Shown: positions 35,632 through 45,580, numbered from the stretch's first letter. The stretch: DNA of 64,000 nt from an uncultured Actinomycetes bacterium (GCA_963704725.1 OY969934.1:768001-832000); one strand, 5' to 3'. Program-made: numbers and translations. The notes: generated from the sequence alone by a model not told the origin.

Positions 35632-37689
35632 ATGCGGTGGGACCCGAGGGGGCGGTCCGGCCCGCTTCGGCGAGGTCGCGTCGGGATGCTCGCGCTCTCG
35701 CTCGCCCTGCTGGGGTCGCTCGCGACTCCGGCGGCGCGGGCCGCCGGCGGTCAGGGGCAGTTCGTGTTGCGCTGCCTGTACTCGCACACCCTGCCGGACG
35801 ATCCGATCGTGTTCCCCGGCCAGCCGGGCGCGTCGCACTCCCACGACTTCTTCGGCAACGTCACGACGTCGGCGTCGTCGACGATGGACAGCATGCTCGC
35901 GGGAGCCACCACCTGCCGCGTGCCGAGCGACACGGCCGGTTACTGGGCCCCGACCGCGTACCTGAACGGCGTGCCGATCCGGCCGACCGCCATGCGCATC
36001 TACTACCTGGGAACCCTGGGCCCCGGTCCGGAGACCCTCCCGCCCGGCCTGGGGATGGTGGCGGGGAACAAGGAGGCGACCTCGGGAGCCGAGAACCCCC
36101 ACGTCCGGTGGTACTGCGGCGAGACCCGAAACGTGCGAACGCCGCGCGCCACCGTTCCCTACGACTGCTCGTTCTGGGGCGACCAGTACGCGTTCGTCGA
36201 CGGGATCATCGCCATCGTCGACTTCCCGAGCTGCTGGAACGGCTCCGGTCTCACGCCCGCCGACGCGGCGTACCCGTCCGGAGGGAGCTGCCCCGGCGGC
36301 TTCCCCCACGTGCTGCCGCGGATCTCGGAGCGGATCCACTACGGGGTCATGGACCCGCTCAACCCCGACGGGACCATGGCCCTCACGCTGGCGAGCGGCG
36401 AGTACTGGACCTACCACGCGGACTTCTGGAACACGTGGCAGCAGCCCCGCCTGGATCAGCTCGTGCAGGAGTGCCTCGCGGCCAAGGTGCACTGTGGCGC
36501 GGTCGACGCGTCGGGCACGGTCGACTGGACGACCGAGTTCGGCACGCTCCGCTACGACGTCGCGTACGCCACGGCGACCGACGGCACGAGCGTGTACGTC
36601 GCCGGGTTCACGAACTTTTCCCTGCCGGGCCAGCGGTACCACCACCGGTACGACGCGTTCGTCCGCAAGTACGACCGGGACGGCGAGGTGCTCTGGACGC
36701 GGCAGTTCGGCACTTCGGGCACGGATCAGGTCCTGGGGATCGCCGCCGATCCGGACGGCGTCACGGTCGCCGGCTCCACCGACGGCCGGTTCCCGGGGCA
36801 GGAGGCCGGCGGCGGCCTCGACGCGTTCGCCGCGCGGTTCGGCGCGAGCGGCCGGCAGCAGTGGATCCGTCAGTTCGGCACGCGCGCCGACGACCGCGCG
36901 ACCGCCGTGGCCGTCTCGTCCGGCCGGACCTTCGTCGTCGGCGCGACGGGCGGTCCCCTCGGCGCCCGGCAGGGTGGCCCGACCGACGCTTTCGTGGCCG
37001 AGCTCCGGGGTGCCGGCCAGCTGGCCTGGGTCCGCCAGTTCGGCTCGGCGGGGTCGGACCAGGCGAACGGGATCGCGGTCCGTTCGGGACGCGTGTACGC
37101 CGTGGGCTCCACGACCGGCGCGGTCCGAGGGACGTACCTGGGCGGAGCCTCCGACGCGCTGGTCGCCGCGTTCGGCACCAACGGCACGCTGCTGTGGCAG
37201 CGCGCTCTCGGCTCGAGCTCGGCCGACGAGATGTCCGCGGTCGTCGCCCGGGCCGAGGGCCTGTTCGTCGTCGGATCCTCCGACGGCGTTCTCGGCGACC
37301 AGGTGCCGGCCGGCGGGATCGACGCGTTCGTGGCCAAGCTGGATCGGAGCGGGGAGCCGATGTGGTTCCGGCAGTTCGGGTCCGAGGCCGAGGACCACGC
37401 CGTCGCCGTCGCCGCCGACGCCCAGGGGATCTACGTGGCCGGCTCGACCGCCGGCGCGCTCCCCGACGGGGCGCTGCTCGGGGAGTGGGACGGGTTCGTG
37501 CGCAAGTACCTCCCCAACGGGACGCAGATCTGGACGCGGCAGCTCGGGACGGCCGACTTCGACCAGGCCTACGGCGTCTCGGTGGAGCGCACCGGGCTGT
37601 ACCTGGTCGGGACGACCCACGGGGCGTTCGAGGGCCTGTCGAACGCCGGAGACCGCGACGTGTTCGTGGTGCGGGTCGCCTTCTCCTAG
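35632..37689 (+). CDS. Secreted DUF1996 domain + SBBP-type beta-propeller protein
   Basis: DDPIVFPGQPGASHSHDFFGN, YWAP, FPSCWNG, YHADFWN, then repeats of W.RQFG(T/S)...D / DAFV.K. Confidence 0.85.
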   Translation: MRWDPRGRSGPLRRGRVGMLALSLALLGSLATPAARAAGGQGQFVLRCLYSHTLPDDPIVFPGQPGASHSHDFFGNVTTSASSTMDSMLAGATTCRVPSDTAGYWAPTAYLNGVPIRPTAMRIYYLGTLGPGPETLPPGLGMVAGNKEATSGAENPHVRWYCGETRNVRTPRATVPYDCSFWGDQYAFVDGIIAIVDFPSCWNGSGLTPADAAYPSGGSCPGGFPHVLPRISERIHYGVMDPLNPDGTMALTLASGEYWTYHADFWNTWQQPRLDQLVQECLAAKVHCGAVDASGTVDWTTEFGTLRYDVAYATATDGTSVYVAGFTNFSLPGQRYHHRYDAFVRKYDRDGEVLWTRQFGTSGTDQVLGIAADPDGVTVAGSTDGRFPGQEAGGGLDAFAARFGASGRQQWIRQFGTRADDRATAVAVSSGRTFVVGATGGPLGARQGGPTDAFVAELRGAGQLAWVRQFGSAGSDQANGIAVRSGRVYAVGSTTGAVRGTYLGGASDALVAAFGTNGTLLWQRALGSSSADEMSAVVARAEGLFVVGSSDGVLGDQVPAGGIDAFVAKLDRSGEPMWFRQFGSEAEDHAVAVAADAQGIYVAGSTAGALPDGALLGEWDGFVRKYLPNGTQIWTRQLGTADFDQAYGVSVERTGLYLVGTTHGAFEGLSNAGDRDVFVVRVAFS

Positions 37690-37730
37690 GCCCTTCGACG
37701 CTCGCCGCGGGTCGTCGCCCGCGCTAGCGT

Positions 37731-38636
37731 GTGACCGTGCTCGACTCGCTCCTCGCCCTGCTCGTGATCGTGCTCGTCGTCGGGGCGGTCTCGTGGGCCC
37801 TCATGAGCCGACGCGGCGGGGGGACCGGCGCCAAGCGGCGACCGGGGACGTGGCGGCGTCGATCCCCGTGGGTCAAGCGGATCCCGGTGCTGCTCATGGT
37901 CGTGGCCCTGGCCTTCCTGGCCCTGGCCTTCACCCAGTTCCAGTTCCTGCGTTCGAACGCGGCCACGGGAACCGTCGTCCTGACGATGGACGTGTCCGAG
38001 TCGATGAGCCGGACCGACGTCGACCCGAGCCGTCTCGAGGCGGCCGTCGCGGCCGCCCGGGAGTTCCTCCACGGGCTCCCGACCGACCTGCGCGTGGGGC
38101 TCGTCTCGTTCGCCGGCGCGGCGGACGAGGTCGTCGCGCCGACCGAGGACCGGACCGCGGTCGACGGTGCGCTGGGGACGCTCAGCCGGGGCGAGGGCAC
38201 CGTGATCGGCGACGGCCTGTCCACGTCGCTCGACGCCGTCGAGGCCGTGTGGCAGCGGGACGGCGAGGCCCCGGCCGCGGTCGTGCTGTTGTCGGACGGT
38301 CGCGACACGGGGAGCTCGGTGGCCCCGGACGAGGCCGCCGCGCGCGCCGCCCGGCTCGGCGTGAGCGTGTACACCGTCGTGCTCGGCAGGACCGATCCGA
38401 CGGGAGCCGGCGGCGCGAACGCGGAGCTCCTGCGATCCGTGGCCGAGACGACCGGCGGCGCGACCTTCTCCGCGACCTCCGCCGGGGGGCTGCTCGAGGT
38501 CTACCGGACGCTGCAGACGACCCTGTCCACCGAGCTGGCGATCTCCGATTCCGGCGCACTGTTCGTCGCCATCGCGGCGATCTTCGCTCTGGCCGCCACG
38601 ATCTCCACCCTGCTCGCGCTCCGCTCCGAGTACTGA
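37731..38636 (+). CDS. Membrane VWA-domain protein
   Basis: MIDAS motif DVSESM, GTVIGDG, LLSDG; N- and C-terminal TMs. Confidence 0.88.
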   Translation: MTVLDSLLALLVIVLVVGAVSWALMSRRGGGTGAKRRPGTWRRRSPWVKRIPVLLMVVALAFLALAFTQFQFLRSNAATGTVVLTMDVSESMSRTDVDPSRLEAAVAAAREFLHGLPTDLRVGLVSFAGAADEVVAPTEDRTAVDGALGTLSRGEGTVIGDGLSTSLDAVEAVWQRDGEAPAAVVLLSDGRDTGSSVAPDEAAARAARLGVSVYTVVLGRTDPTGAGGANAELLRSVAETTGGATFSATSAGGLLEVYRTLQTTLSTELAISDSGALFVAIAAIFALAATISTLLALRSEY

Positions 38637-38677
38637 GCGGGCCTCGGCTGCCCCGCGCGACGGTATCGTGCGCCTCG

Positions 38678-39376
38678 GTGAGCAGCCGGGCCGTCCCGCA
38701 CCCGATCGAGGCCGTCGTCTTCGACATGGACGGCGTCCTGATCGACTCCGAACCGTTCTGGCGCGAGGTGGAGGTGGAGGTGTTCGGGCCGCTCGGACTC
38801 GACCTCACGCCGGCCATGCTGGCCTCGACCATGGGGATGCGGACGGAGGAGGTCGCCCAGCACTGGTACCGGCACCGGCCGTGGGACGGGCCGTCGCCGG
38901 CCGAGGTCGCCGCCCGCCTCGTCGCGCGGGTGGTCGAGACGGTTCGCCGCCGGGGGGCCATCGCCGAGGGTGCTCGTGAGGCCGTCGACTACCTGGAGGG
39001 CCTGGGCCTGCGCCTCGCCCTCGCCTCCTCCTCGCCGCGGGTGATGATCGAGGCCGTGCTCGAGGTCTGCGGGCTGCTCGGGCGGTTCGAGGTCGTGCAC
39101 TCGGCGCAGGACGAGCGTCTCGGCAAGCCGAACCCGTCCGTCTACCTGACCACCGCCCGCGAGCTGGGCGTTCGGCCCGAGCGGTGCCTCGCCATCGAGG
39201 ACTCGCCGGCCGGGGTTCGCGCGGCGAAGGCGGCGGGGATGGCCTGCCTCGCCGTCCCGGCGCCCGGGGCCGAGGACGCCGTCGCGGCGGGCGGCGCCGA
39301 CCTCGTGCTCGGGTCCCTGACGGACCTCGGCGACCGCATGTGGACCGCCGCGGGCCTGGTGCCGATCGTCGGGTGA
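38678..39376 (+). CDS. HAD-family sugar phosphatase (HxpB/YniC-like)
   Basis: FDMDGVLIDSEP, LASSS, GKPNP, IEDS. Confidence 0.9.
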   Translation: MSSRAVPHPIEAVVFDMDGVLIDSEPFWREVEVEVFGPLGLDLTPAMLASTMGMRTEEVAQHWYRHRPWDGPSPAEVAARLVARVVETVRRRGAIAEGAREAVDYLEGLGLRLALASSSPRVMIEAVLEVCGLLGRFEVVHSAQDERLGKPNPSVYLTTARELGVRPERCLAIEDSPAGVRAAKAAGMACLAVPAPGAEDAVAAGGADLVLGSLTDLGDRMWTAAGLVPIVG

Positions 39377-39383
39377 GGCCGGA

Positions 39384-39411
39384 CGAGGGCGGCCCGTGTG
39401 GGCCGCCCTCG
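39384..39411. terminator. Hairpin between convergent genes
   Basis: CGAGGGCGGCCC-gtgt-GGGCCGCCCTCG, perfect 12-bp stem. Confidence 0.65.
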
Positions 39412-39429
39412 CCTGTCGTGCCGCCGGCC

Positions 39430-41673
39430 TTACGAGCCGCCGGGCTGTGTCACGCCGTTCACCGTGAGCGTGTACGGCGCGTACTGCGTCACCTGTGCGG
39501 TGGCGTCGTGGAACGTGACGATCGCCGACACCACGTCGGCGGTCGTCCCGATCGCGTCGGCGATCGCGCTGCCCGAGAGCGAGCCGTGGAAGCTCGCGTC
39601 GAGCGGGATCGAGAAGATGTGCGCCTCGGTGCTGCCGCTGTCGTACGCGACGAGCTGGACCGAGTAGCCCTCGATCTCGATCGGGTTGAACGCCGTGCCC
39701 GACTGCCAGCCATCGAGCGTGGTGCCGTCGGAGATCACGGTCCCGTCGATCGCGACGTCGTCCGCCCAGAACCCCGCGCCGTGGGTGTTCGAGTCCGAGA
39801 AGTACCGGAACGCCAAGCCCACGGTCTGCCCGGCGTACGCCGACAGGTCGCACATCTCGGGCGTGAACGCCGGGGTGTCGTTGAACCCGTTGAACCCCTG
39901 GCCGAAGCCGGGGCCGACGTTTCCGCCCGTCGCGTCGTCCTGCGTGTCGGTGCATGCGAGGCTGGTGTAGGTGTCGCCGCCGTCGGTGGTGATCTGGACG
40001 TACGCGAAATCGAACGTCGTCTCCAGGTCCCACGCCGCGTCAAACGTGAGCTGCGGCGATCCCGCGGGGATCGTCACGGTCTGCACGATGACGTCGTTAC
40101 GTCCGTCGGCGTCCGTCGAGTACAGAGCGGCATCGCCCGTCCCGAGCGCATCCGGATCGACCTCCCACGTGATCGGGAGCGCCGGGAGCGAGCTCGCCCC
40201 GTCGAACGTGATGTCGCCGACCGCGCCGGCCGACAGGTACGCGCCGCCACCGTCACGGAGCCGGACGTAGTCGCCGCCGTTCGGCGGTGCTCCCGGCGTG
40301 TCGAACGCGTCGTCCGTGTCCCAGTTGATCGAGGCGTGCAGCGTGTCCACCGAGTAGTCCGCCGCGTCGCCGCCCGTGAGCGTGGCCCCGTCGTCCAGGA
40401 CCCCGTCGAGCGCCACCGATGCCTGCCACTTGTCGACGATGTCGGAGATCGTCGTCCCGGGGTCGGCCGCGTCGAGCTGGGCCTGCAGGCCCGCGAACCC
40501 GGTCAGGTCGCTCCGGTGCAGCTCGGTCATGAACGACAGGCCGTACTGGTGGAACAGCCACTGCATCATCGTGAACGCCGCGCCGTAGTCGCAGAGGATC
40601 TCCTGCTCGTGGTCGGCGTTCTGATCACCCCACACGTTGAGGGAGTTCTCCGGGCCTCCCGGTCTGGGGTTGGGGTTGGCGGGGGTCTGGACCCCGTTGA
40701 AGCCGAGGAAGCACTGCGTGTGGCTCTCGAAGTGCACGTCCGTGACCGGCGCCGCCGGGTTGAAGTATCCGGTGATCATGCCGGCGAAGTCGGACAGGCC
40801 CTCGTTGATCCACGTCGTCTCCGACGGGTCCTCGTAGGACTCGAGCAGGTGCTGGTACTCGTGCGCGAAGACGCCCTCGTACAGGAACGGGCGCGCCGGC
40901 GCGCTGGCGCAGTTGTCGCCGGGGACCGGGTCGTCCGGCGGGTTCGCCCCGGTCCGGTGGAGCCAGTCGAAGGCGTCGATCGTCATCACGTTGCGGTTGA
41001 ACAACCCGTTCAGGCCGGAGGAGAAGAACCCCGCGATGTACGAGAACCCCTGCGTGTTGTTGAGGTCGTAGAGGTTGTCGTCCCGAACGTTGTCCACCAG
41101 GATCGCGATGTCGTCGCCGTCACCGGCGTAGTAGCCCGGCGGCAGCCCCAGCGCCGCCGCGAGCGGGGCGTCGACGCCGTTCCGGTTGGGGGCCACGCTG
41201 AAGGCGTCCGCCTCGATCGGGTAGATGTTGTCGTCGAACTGGTTGACGAGGTACTTCGCCTGGGCCAGCGTCACCGTGGTGCGATCGCCGTTGCGGCAAT
41301 CGCCGTCCTGGAAGTTCAGGTCGGTGGTGGTGAGGCCGTTGAAGGTGCGGGTTCCGGTTGCCACCCAGACCTCGCTGTGCTTGCCGCGGGCGAGCAGGGT
41401 GTAATCCTTCGTGTAGAAGCGTCCCGCGACGTCATCCAGCCCGACCCACGTACGGATGTCCCCGACGTGCGGTCGTCCCGCTTTCGGGCCGACGTGGACC
41501 GGCTTCAGGCCCGACGTGACCAGCCTGGCGTTGACGTCGGGACCGATCTCGATCGTGTCTCCCTTCACGGCGCCGATCGCCCCGCTCGGTTTCGCGAGGG
41601 CCGTCCCGGCGAGCGGCACCGTCACCGCCGCTACCATGCACGCGACGAGCGATGCCCTGAGCCACCGCCGCAT
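39430..41673 (-). CDS. Secreted zinc metallopeptidase (M6 immune-inhibitor-A/M30-like)
   Basis: Signal peptide, FAHEYQHLL...WINEGLSD, C-terminal jelly-roll (WDLETTFDFAYV, DLSAYAGQTV..FRY.SD). Confidence 0.85.
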   Translation of the reverse strand: MRRWLRASLVACMVAAVTVPLAGTALAKPSGAIGAVKGDTIEIGPDVNARLVTSGLKPVHVGPKAGRPHVGDIRTWVGLDDVAGRFYTKDYTLLARGKHSEVWVATGTRTFNGLTTTDLNFQDGDCRNGDRTTVTLAQAKYLVNQFDDNIYPIEADAFSVAPNRNGVDAPLAAALGLPPGYYAGDGDDIAILVDNVRDDNLYDLNNTQGFSYIAGFFSSGLNGLFNRNVMTIDAFDWLHRTGANPPDDPVPGDNCASAPARPFLYEGVFAHEYQHLLESYEDPSETTWINEGLSDFAGMITGYFNPAAPVTDVHFESHTQCFLGFNGVQTPANPNPRPGGPENSLNVWGDQNADHEQEILCDYGAAFTMMQWLFHQYGLSFMTELHRSDLTGFAGLQAQLDAADPGTTISDIVDKWQASVALDGVLDDGATLTGGDAADYSVDTLHASINWDTDDAFDTPGAPPNGGDYVRLRDGGGAYLSAGAVGDITFDGASSLPALPITWEVDPDALGTGDAALYSTDADGRNDVIVQTVTIPAGSPQLTFDAAWDLETTFDFAYVQITTDGGDTYTSLACTDTQDDATGGNVGPGFGQGFNGFNDTPAFTPEMCDLSAYAGQTVGLAFRYFSDSNTHGAGFWADDVAIDGTVISDGTTLDGWQSGTAFNPIEIEGYSVQLVAYDSGSTEAHIFSIPLDASFHGSLSGSAIADAIGTTADVVSAIVTFHDATAQVTQYAPYTLTVNGVTQPGGS

Positions 41674-41795
41674 AGAACCTCCCTTCGATCGTGCCTCCAC
41701 GAGCGGAGGACACCTGGACCCGGCCGCACGGCCCCTGCTCCGAGCGGGCGCGTGATCTCGCGCCGCTCAACCCTAGTGGGGTGCTTTCGCCCCGG

Positions 41796-42218
41796 TCAAT
41801 CCAAGGGGTCCTCGCCCGAGAGCCACGCGCGGAGCTCGTCGGGCATGCGGCGGACCTGGAGGCGGCCGTCGTCCAATCGGGCCACGACGCGGAGCTCGAA
41901 GCCGGTCGCCACGGTCTTCCCGGCGCGCTCGGCGAGGTGCTCGACGCGGAGCGAACGCGAGCGGACCTCGCCGACCGAGGCGGTGAGCACGAGCTCGTCG
42001 TCGGCGAACACGGGCGCGAGGAACCTCGCGCCGCACTCGGCGATCGGCACCGAGATCCCGTCCTCGCGCAGGCGCGTCATGAGGCTCCGCCCCGAGGACG
42101 CGAACAGCTCGTGCGTGGCGTGGTCGAACCACGCCAGGTACGTCGGGTAGAACACGATCCCCATCGGATCGGTCTCGCCCCATCGGACGCGGATCGACGT
42201 CCGCGCGCTGCGGGTCAC
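41796..42218 (-). CDS. Acyl-CoA thioesterase (4HBT/YbgC hot-dog fold)
   Basis: RVRWGETDPMGIVFYPTYLAWFD. Confidence 0.9.
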   Translation of the reverse strand: MTRSARTSIRVRWGETDPMGIVFYPTYLAWFDHATHELFASSGRSLMTRLREDGISVPIAECGARFLAPVFADDELVLTASVGEVRSRSLRVEHLAERAGKTVATGFELRVVARLDDGRLQVRRMPDELRAWLSGEDPLD

Positions 42219-42271
42219 GGCGAGGCAAGCGTGCCCCGAGGCCCCTCCCCGGCGCAAGCCGGGACCTACAC

Positions 42272-42967
42272 CTAGGGCGGAGATGCGGGTCGGTAGGTCG
42301 CCCGGAAGAAGGCGTACACGGGTGCGCCGGCGGGCGAGGTCCGCACGGCGGTTGCGCGCGTCGGCGCCCCCACGCTGAGCGAGAGCGTCACGGTGTCGTC
42401 GCCGGGACGGTTGGGATCGTACAGGCGCAGGCTGAGGTCGGTGGCGTCGAGGTCGTACCCCCACGCCAGCACCTGGTGGTTCTCCTTGAGCGCGAAGGGA
42501 TCGCTCGACCGGACCCGCACGAGTCCAAGCGGGCTCGGATGGCCCTCGTCGATGTCCCGCCGCACCTTCGGCCACTCCTCGTTCACCATGCGCCACGCCC
42601 GACCGTGGGGGGTGAGACCCAACCGGCTCAGGACGGTCTCGCCGTCCGAGAGCAGCGGGCTCATCAGCTGGAGGTATCGGGCCGGGCCAAACGGGAGGTC
42701 GAAGCTCGCGAAGAGCCGGTCGACGAGGTAGTCGAACAGGGGCCCGTCGGCGGGTGGAGTCGTTCCGGGGGGCGGGGTTCGGCCCGCCTCGAAGTAGTCG
42801 CGGGCGGCGAAAGCCATCCCGCCGCACAGCCCGTTCGACGCGTCACCGATCGGCAGGCTCACCACGCCGGGGATGCCGATCCGCCGGACCGGGACGTGGG
42901 GGAACGCGTTCGCGAACCCGAACCCGGAGGTGCTCGGCAGGAATCCCCCAACCACGCGCGTCGACAT
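42272..42967 (-). CDS. Hypothetical protein with papain-like Cys-His-Asp motif
   Basis: GFGFAN, NGLCGGMA, NHQVLAWGY, LYDPN. Confidence 0.7.
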   Translation of the reverse strand: MSTRVVGGFLPSTSGFGFANAFPHVPVRRIGIPGVVSLPIGDASNGLCGGMAFAARDYFEAGRTPPPGTTPPADGPLFDYLVDRLFASFDLPFGPARYLQLMSPLLSDGETVLSRLGLTPHGRAWRMVNEEWPKVRRDIDEGHPSPLGLVRVRSSDPFALKENHQVLAWGYDLDATDLSLRLYDPNRPGDDTVTLSLSVGAPTRATAVRTSPAGAPVYAFFRATYRPASPP

Positions 42968-43088
42968 CGCGATCTCCCTCACCGACCGGCCCTCGACCGG
43001 CAACCATGAACCCTAGCCCGTTGCGACGGCACTAGGATGAGCGCGCCGGCATCGGGGGGCCGGCGGCCGGTCACGCAACGGGAGGCGC

Positions 43089-44696
43089 ATGCGCGCTCGC
43101 ACGCTCGCCCTCGTCGGGCTGCTGGTGATCCCGATCGCCGGACTCGCGCTGCTCCTTGCGGCGCCCTCGCTGGACGTGCCGTGGGAGCATCACCCGTCGC
43201 ACTTCTGGCTCGTGCTGAGCGTCGCGCTGGCCAACGTCGTCCTCGGCGTCCTGGCCAGCGAGGCGTCGACGCGGCGAGGGGACGCCCGCCTGTTCCTCGT
43301 CTCGCTCGTGCTGCTCGCCAGCGCCGGGTTCCTCGCCCTGCATGCCCTCGCGACGCCGGGGGTGCTCCTGGAGGGTCCGAACCAGGGTTTCACGATCGCG
43401 ACGCCGATCGGGCTCCTGCTCGCCTCCGGCTTCGCCGCGGCTTCGGCGCTCGTCGGCGACGGCCGCGTGGCGATCTCGAGGTCCGCCATGCGATGGATGC
43501 GCGCGGCGCTCGGCCTCGTCATCGTGGCGTGGGCTGCGGCTTCGCTCGGCCAGGTCGGCATCCTCAACAACCCCCCGACGGTCGAGGCGCCGGTCGAGCT
43601 CCGCGTGATCGCGCCGATCGCGATCGTGCCGTACACGTTCGCCGCGATCCGGTTCCTGGCGCTGTTCCGCCGCCGCCGGCGCGCGCTCCCGCTCGCGATC
43701 GCGGTCGCCTTCGTGCTCCTCGCGGAGGCGATGGCCGCCGTCGCGTTCGGCCGGAGCTGGCACGTGACGTGGTGGGAGTGGCACGTGCTGATGGCCGTCG
43801 CGTTCGGCTCGATCCTCGTCGCCGCTCGACACGAGTACGTGCGCACGCGCTCGCTGACCGCGGCCTTCGGGGGCCTGTACCTGGAGCGGACGCTCGAGCG
43901 CGTCGACCGCCGCCAGTCCGACGCGCTGGGCGAGCTGGTCGTCGCGATCCGGGCGGACGAGCCCCTCGCGCCGGTGCTCGAACGGCTCCGCGAGGAGGGG
44001 TTCACGACCGAGGAGGCCTCGCTGCTCGAGCGGTCCGCGCGCGAGCTGGCGCGGGTGGACTCGCTCCTGCGCAGCTACGTCGGTCCTCGGCTCGCCGAGC
44101 GGCTGCGGGAGGAGCCGGCCCTGGCCGGCCTCGGCGGGCGCGAGGGCGAGGTCTCCGTCCTGTTCGCCGACCTCGCCGGGTTCACGACGTTCTCGCAGGG
44201 CCGGCCGGCCGGCGAGGTGATCCAGATGCTGAACGCCTACTGGGAGACCGTGGTGCCGGTCGTCGCCGGCACGGAGGGCGGCCTGATCGAGCGCTTCGCC
44301 GGCGACGCCGTCATGGTCGTGTTCAACGCCCTGGACGATCAATCGGACCACGCGGAGCGGGCCGGCCGGGCGGCTCTCGCCATGCGCGACGCCACCGAGG
44401 GGCTGGCGGAGGGCCATCCCGACTGGCCGAGGTTCCGTGTCGGCGTCCACACCGGGCCCGCCGCGATCGGCAACGTCGGCTCCGGTGAGCATCGGAGCTT
44501 CTCGGCGATCGGCGACACGACGAACGTTGCGGCACGACTGCAGTCGGCGGCCCGCCCGGGCCAGGTGCTCGTCAGCGCCGAGACGCGGAGGCGGATCGGC
44601 GACGCCGCGACGGCCCAGCCCCTCGGCCCGACCGCTCTGAGGGGCAAGGACGAGCCGGTCGAGGTCTTCGAGCTCGTCGGGGTCGACCGGGCGTGA
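43089..44696 (+). CDS. Membrane-bound class III adenylate/guanylate cyclase
   Basis: About 8 TMs, then VLFADLAGFT, RFAGDAVMVVF, IGDTTNVAARL, LRGK. Confidence 0.92.
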   Translation: MRARTLALVGLLVIPIAGLALLLAAPSLDVPWEHHPSHFWLVLSVALANVVLGVLASEASTRRGDARLFLVSLVLLASAGFLALHALATPGVLLEGPNQGFTIATPIGLLLASGFAAASALVGDGRVAISRSAMRWMRAALGLVIVAWAAASLGQVGILNNPPTVEAPVELRVIAPIAIVPYTFAAIRFLALFRRRRRALPLAIAVAFVLLAEAMAAVAFGRSWHVTWWEWHVLMAVAFGSILVAARHEYVRTRSLTAAFGGLYLERTLERVDRRQSDALGELVVAIRADEPLAPVLERLREEGFTTEEASLLERSARELARVDSLLRSYVGPRLAERLREEPALAGLGGREGEVSVLFADLAGFTTFSQGRPAGEVIQMLNAYWETVVPVVAGTEGGLIERFAGDAVMVVFNALDDQSDHAERAGRAALAMRDATEGLAEGHPDWPRFRVGVHTGPAAIGNVGSGEHRSFSAIGDTTNVAARLQSAARPGQVLVSAETRRRIGDAATAQPLGPTALRGKDEPVEVFELVGVDRA

Positions 44697-44697
44697 T

Positions 44698-44763
44698 GCG
44701 GGTTTCCCGACCGACTTCGGGGGAACCCGCGCGGGTTTCCCGACCGGTGTCGCGCAAACCCGA
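44698..44763. repeat. Tandem 16-bp direct repeat with embedded inverted half-sites (operator-like)
   Basis: GCGGGTTTCCCGACCG at 44698 and 44731; inverse half-sites GGGAACCCGC and AAACCCG follow each. Confidence 0.7.
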
Positions 44764-44852
44764 GCGCGCGAAGAGTGGGGCTCTCTGCATAGCCGAAATG
44801 GCCGAGTCGCTCCGATGCATCGGTGGAGATTGCGAACGAGGAGAGAAGCGCG

Positions 44853-44951
44853 ATGATGATGAATCGGACTCGGCAGCGGTGGGTCGCCTTCGCGAAGCTC
44901 GCCTCCATCACCGCGCTGTTCGCGCAGCTGGCCTACGGGCCCCGTTGGTGA
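44853..44951 (+). CDS. 32-aa small peptide
   Basis: RBS GAGGAG; MMMNRTRQRWVAFAKLASITALFAQLAYGPRW*; GC3-biased codons. Confidence 0.55.
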   Translation: MMMNRTRQRWVAFAKLASITALFAQLAYGPRW

Positions 44952-45181
44952 GCCCGACCGCATTCGCGGTGGCCTCCCTGACGGCCACCGTCACCGCATC
45001 CACCCCATCCCGAGCCGGACGTCGATCAGCTCGACCCCGCCGGCAGGACCGGCCACAGCGCCGTCGGTGGGGAAAGGGACCGAAAGGCGACCGGATTTGG
45101 GCGAAGGATGGATGGCCCGGCGCGTCCGATGCCGTACGGTCCAGGACCGTTGAAGCTTGAGCTTCGGATCGGAGTGAGCAC

Positions 45182-45580
45182 ATGAAGAAAGCGTTCGTCA
45201 CCTTTGCCGCCCTGACGTGGGTGCTCGCGCTCGGGACCGTCGCGGCGAACGCCGCAAGCCCCGTGTCGCACTGCTCGGGCCACAACGACCCCACCTTCAC
45301 CAAGGCGGAGGGCCAGGGCGCGTTCGACGTTGATGGCATCGTCGTCACGGTCGCCGGTCCCACGGTCTCGTTCGCCGACGAGCTCGGCAACCCGATCGTC
45401 GTCGAGTTCTGCGTGAAGGCCGCGCTCGGCAACAGCGGGGCGCAGGTCGGATCGTCGTTCACCGTGGATTGGCTGAACAACGGCGGACAGGTGCCCGACA
45501 TCAGCTACACGGTCGTGTACGGGGTGCACGAGCCCGATCCCTGCGAGATCGACCCGGAGTCGTGTGGGGGTCCCTCGTAA
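45182..45580 (+). CDS. Small secreted Cys-containing hypothetical protein
   Basis: Signal peptide MKKAFV...ANA; FCVKAA, NNGGQVPDISY. Confidence 0.75.
   Translation: MKKAFVTFAALTWVLALGTVAANAASPVSHCSGHNDPTFTKAEGQGAFDVDGIVVTVAGPTVSFADELGNPIVVEFCVKAALGNSGAQVGSSFTVDWLNNGGQVPDISYTVVYGVHEPDPCEIDPESCGGPS

Noticed and set aside
36520-37680. Recurrent CAGTTCGG/GACGCGTTCG repeats
   Set aside because: Coding repeats of beta-propeller blades.
44751-44795. GCAAACC...GCGA motif as a c-di-GMP-I riboswitch
   Set aside because: No convincing P2 stem and no downstream GCAAAG element.
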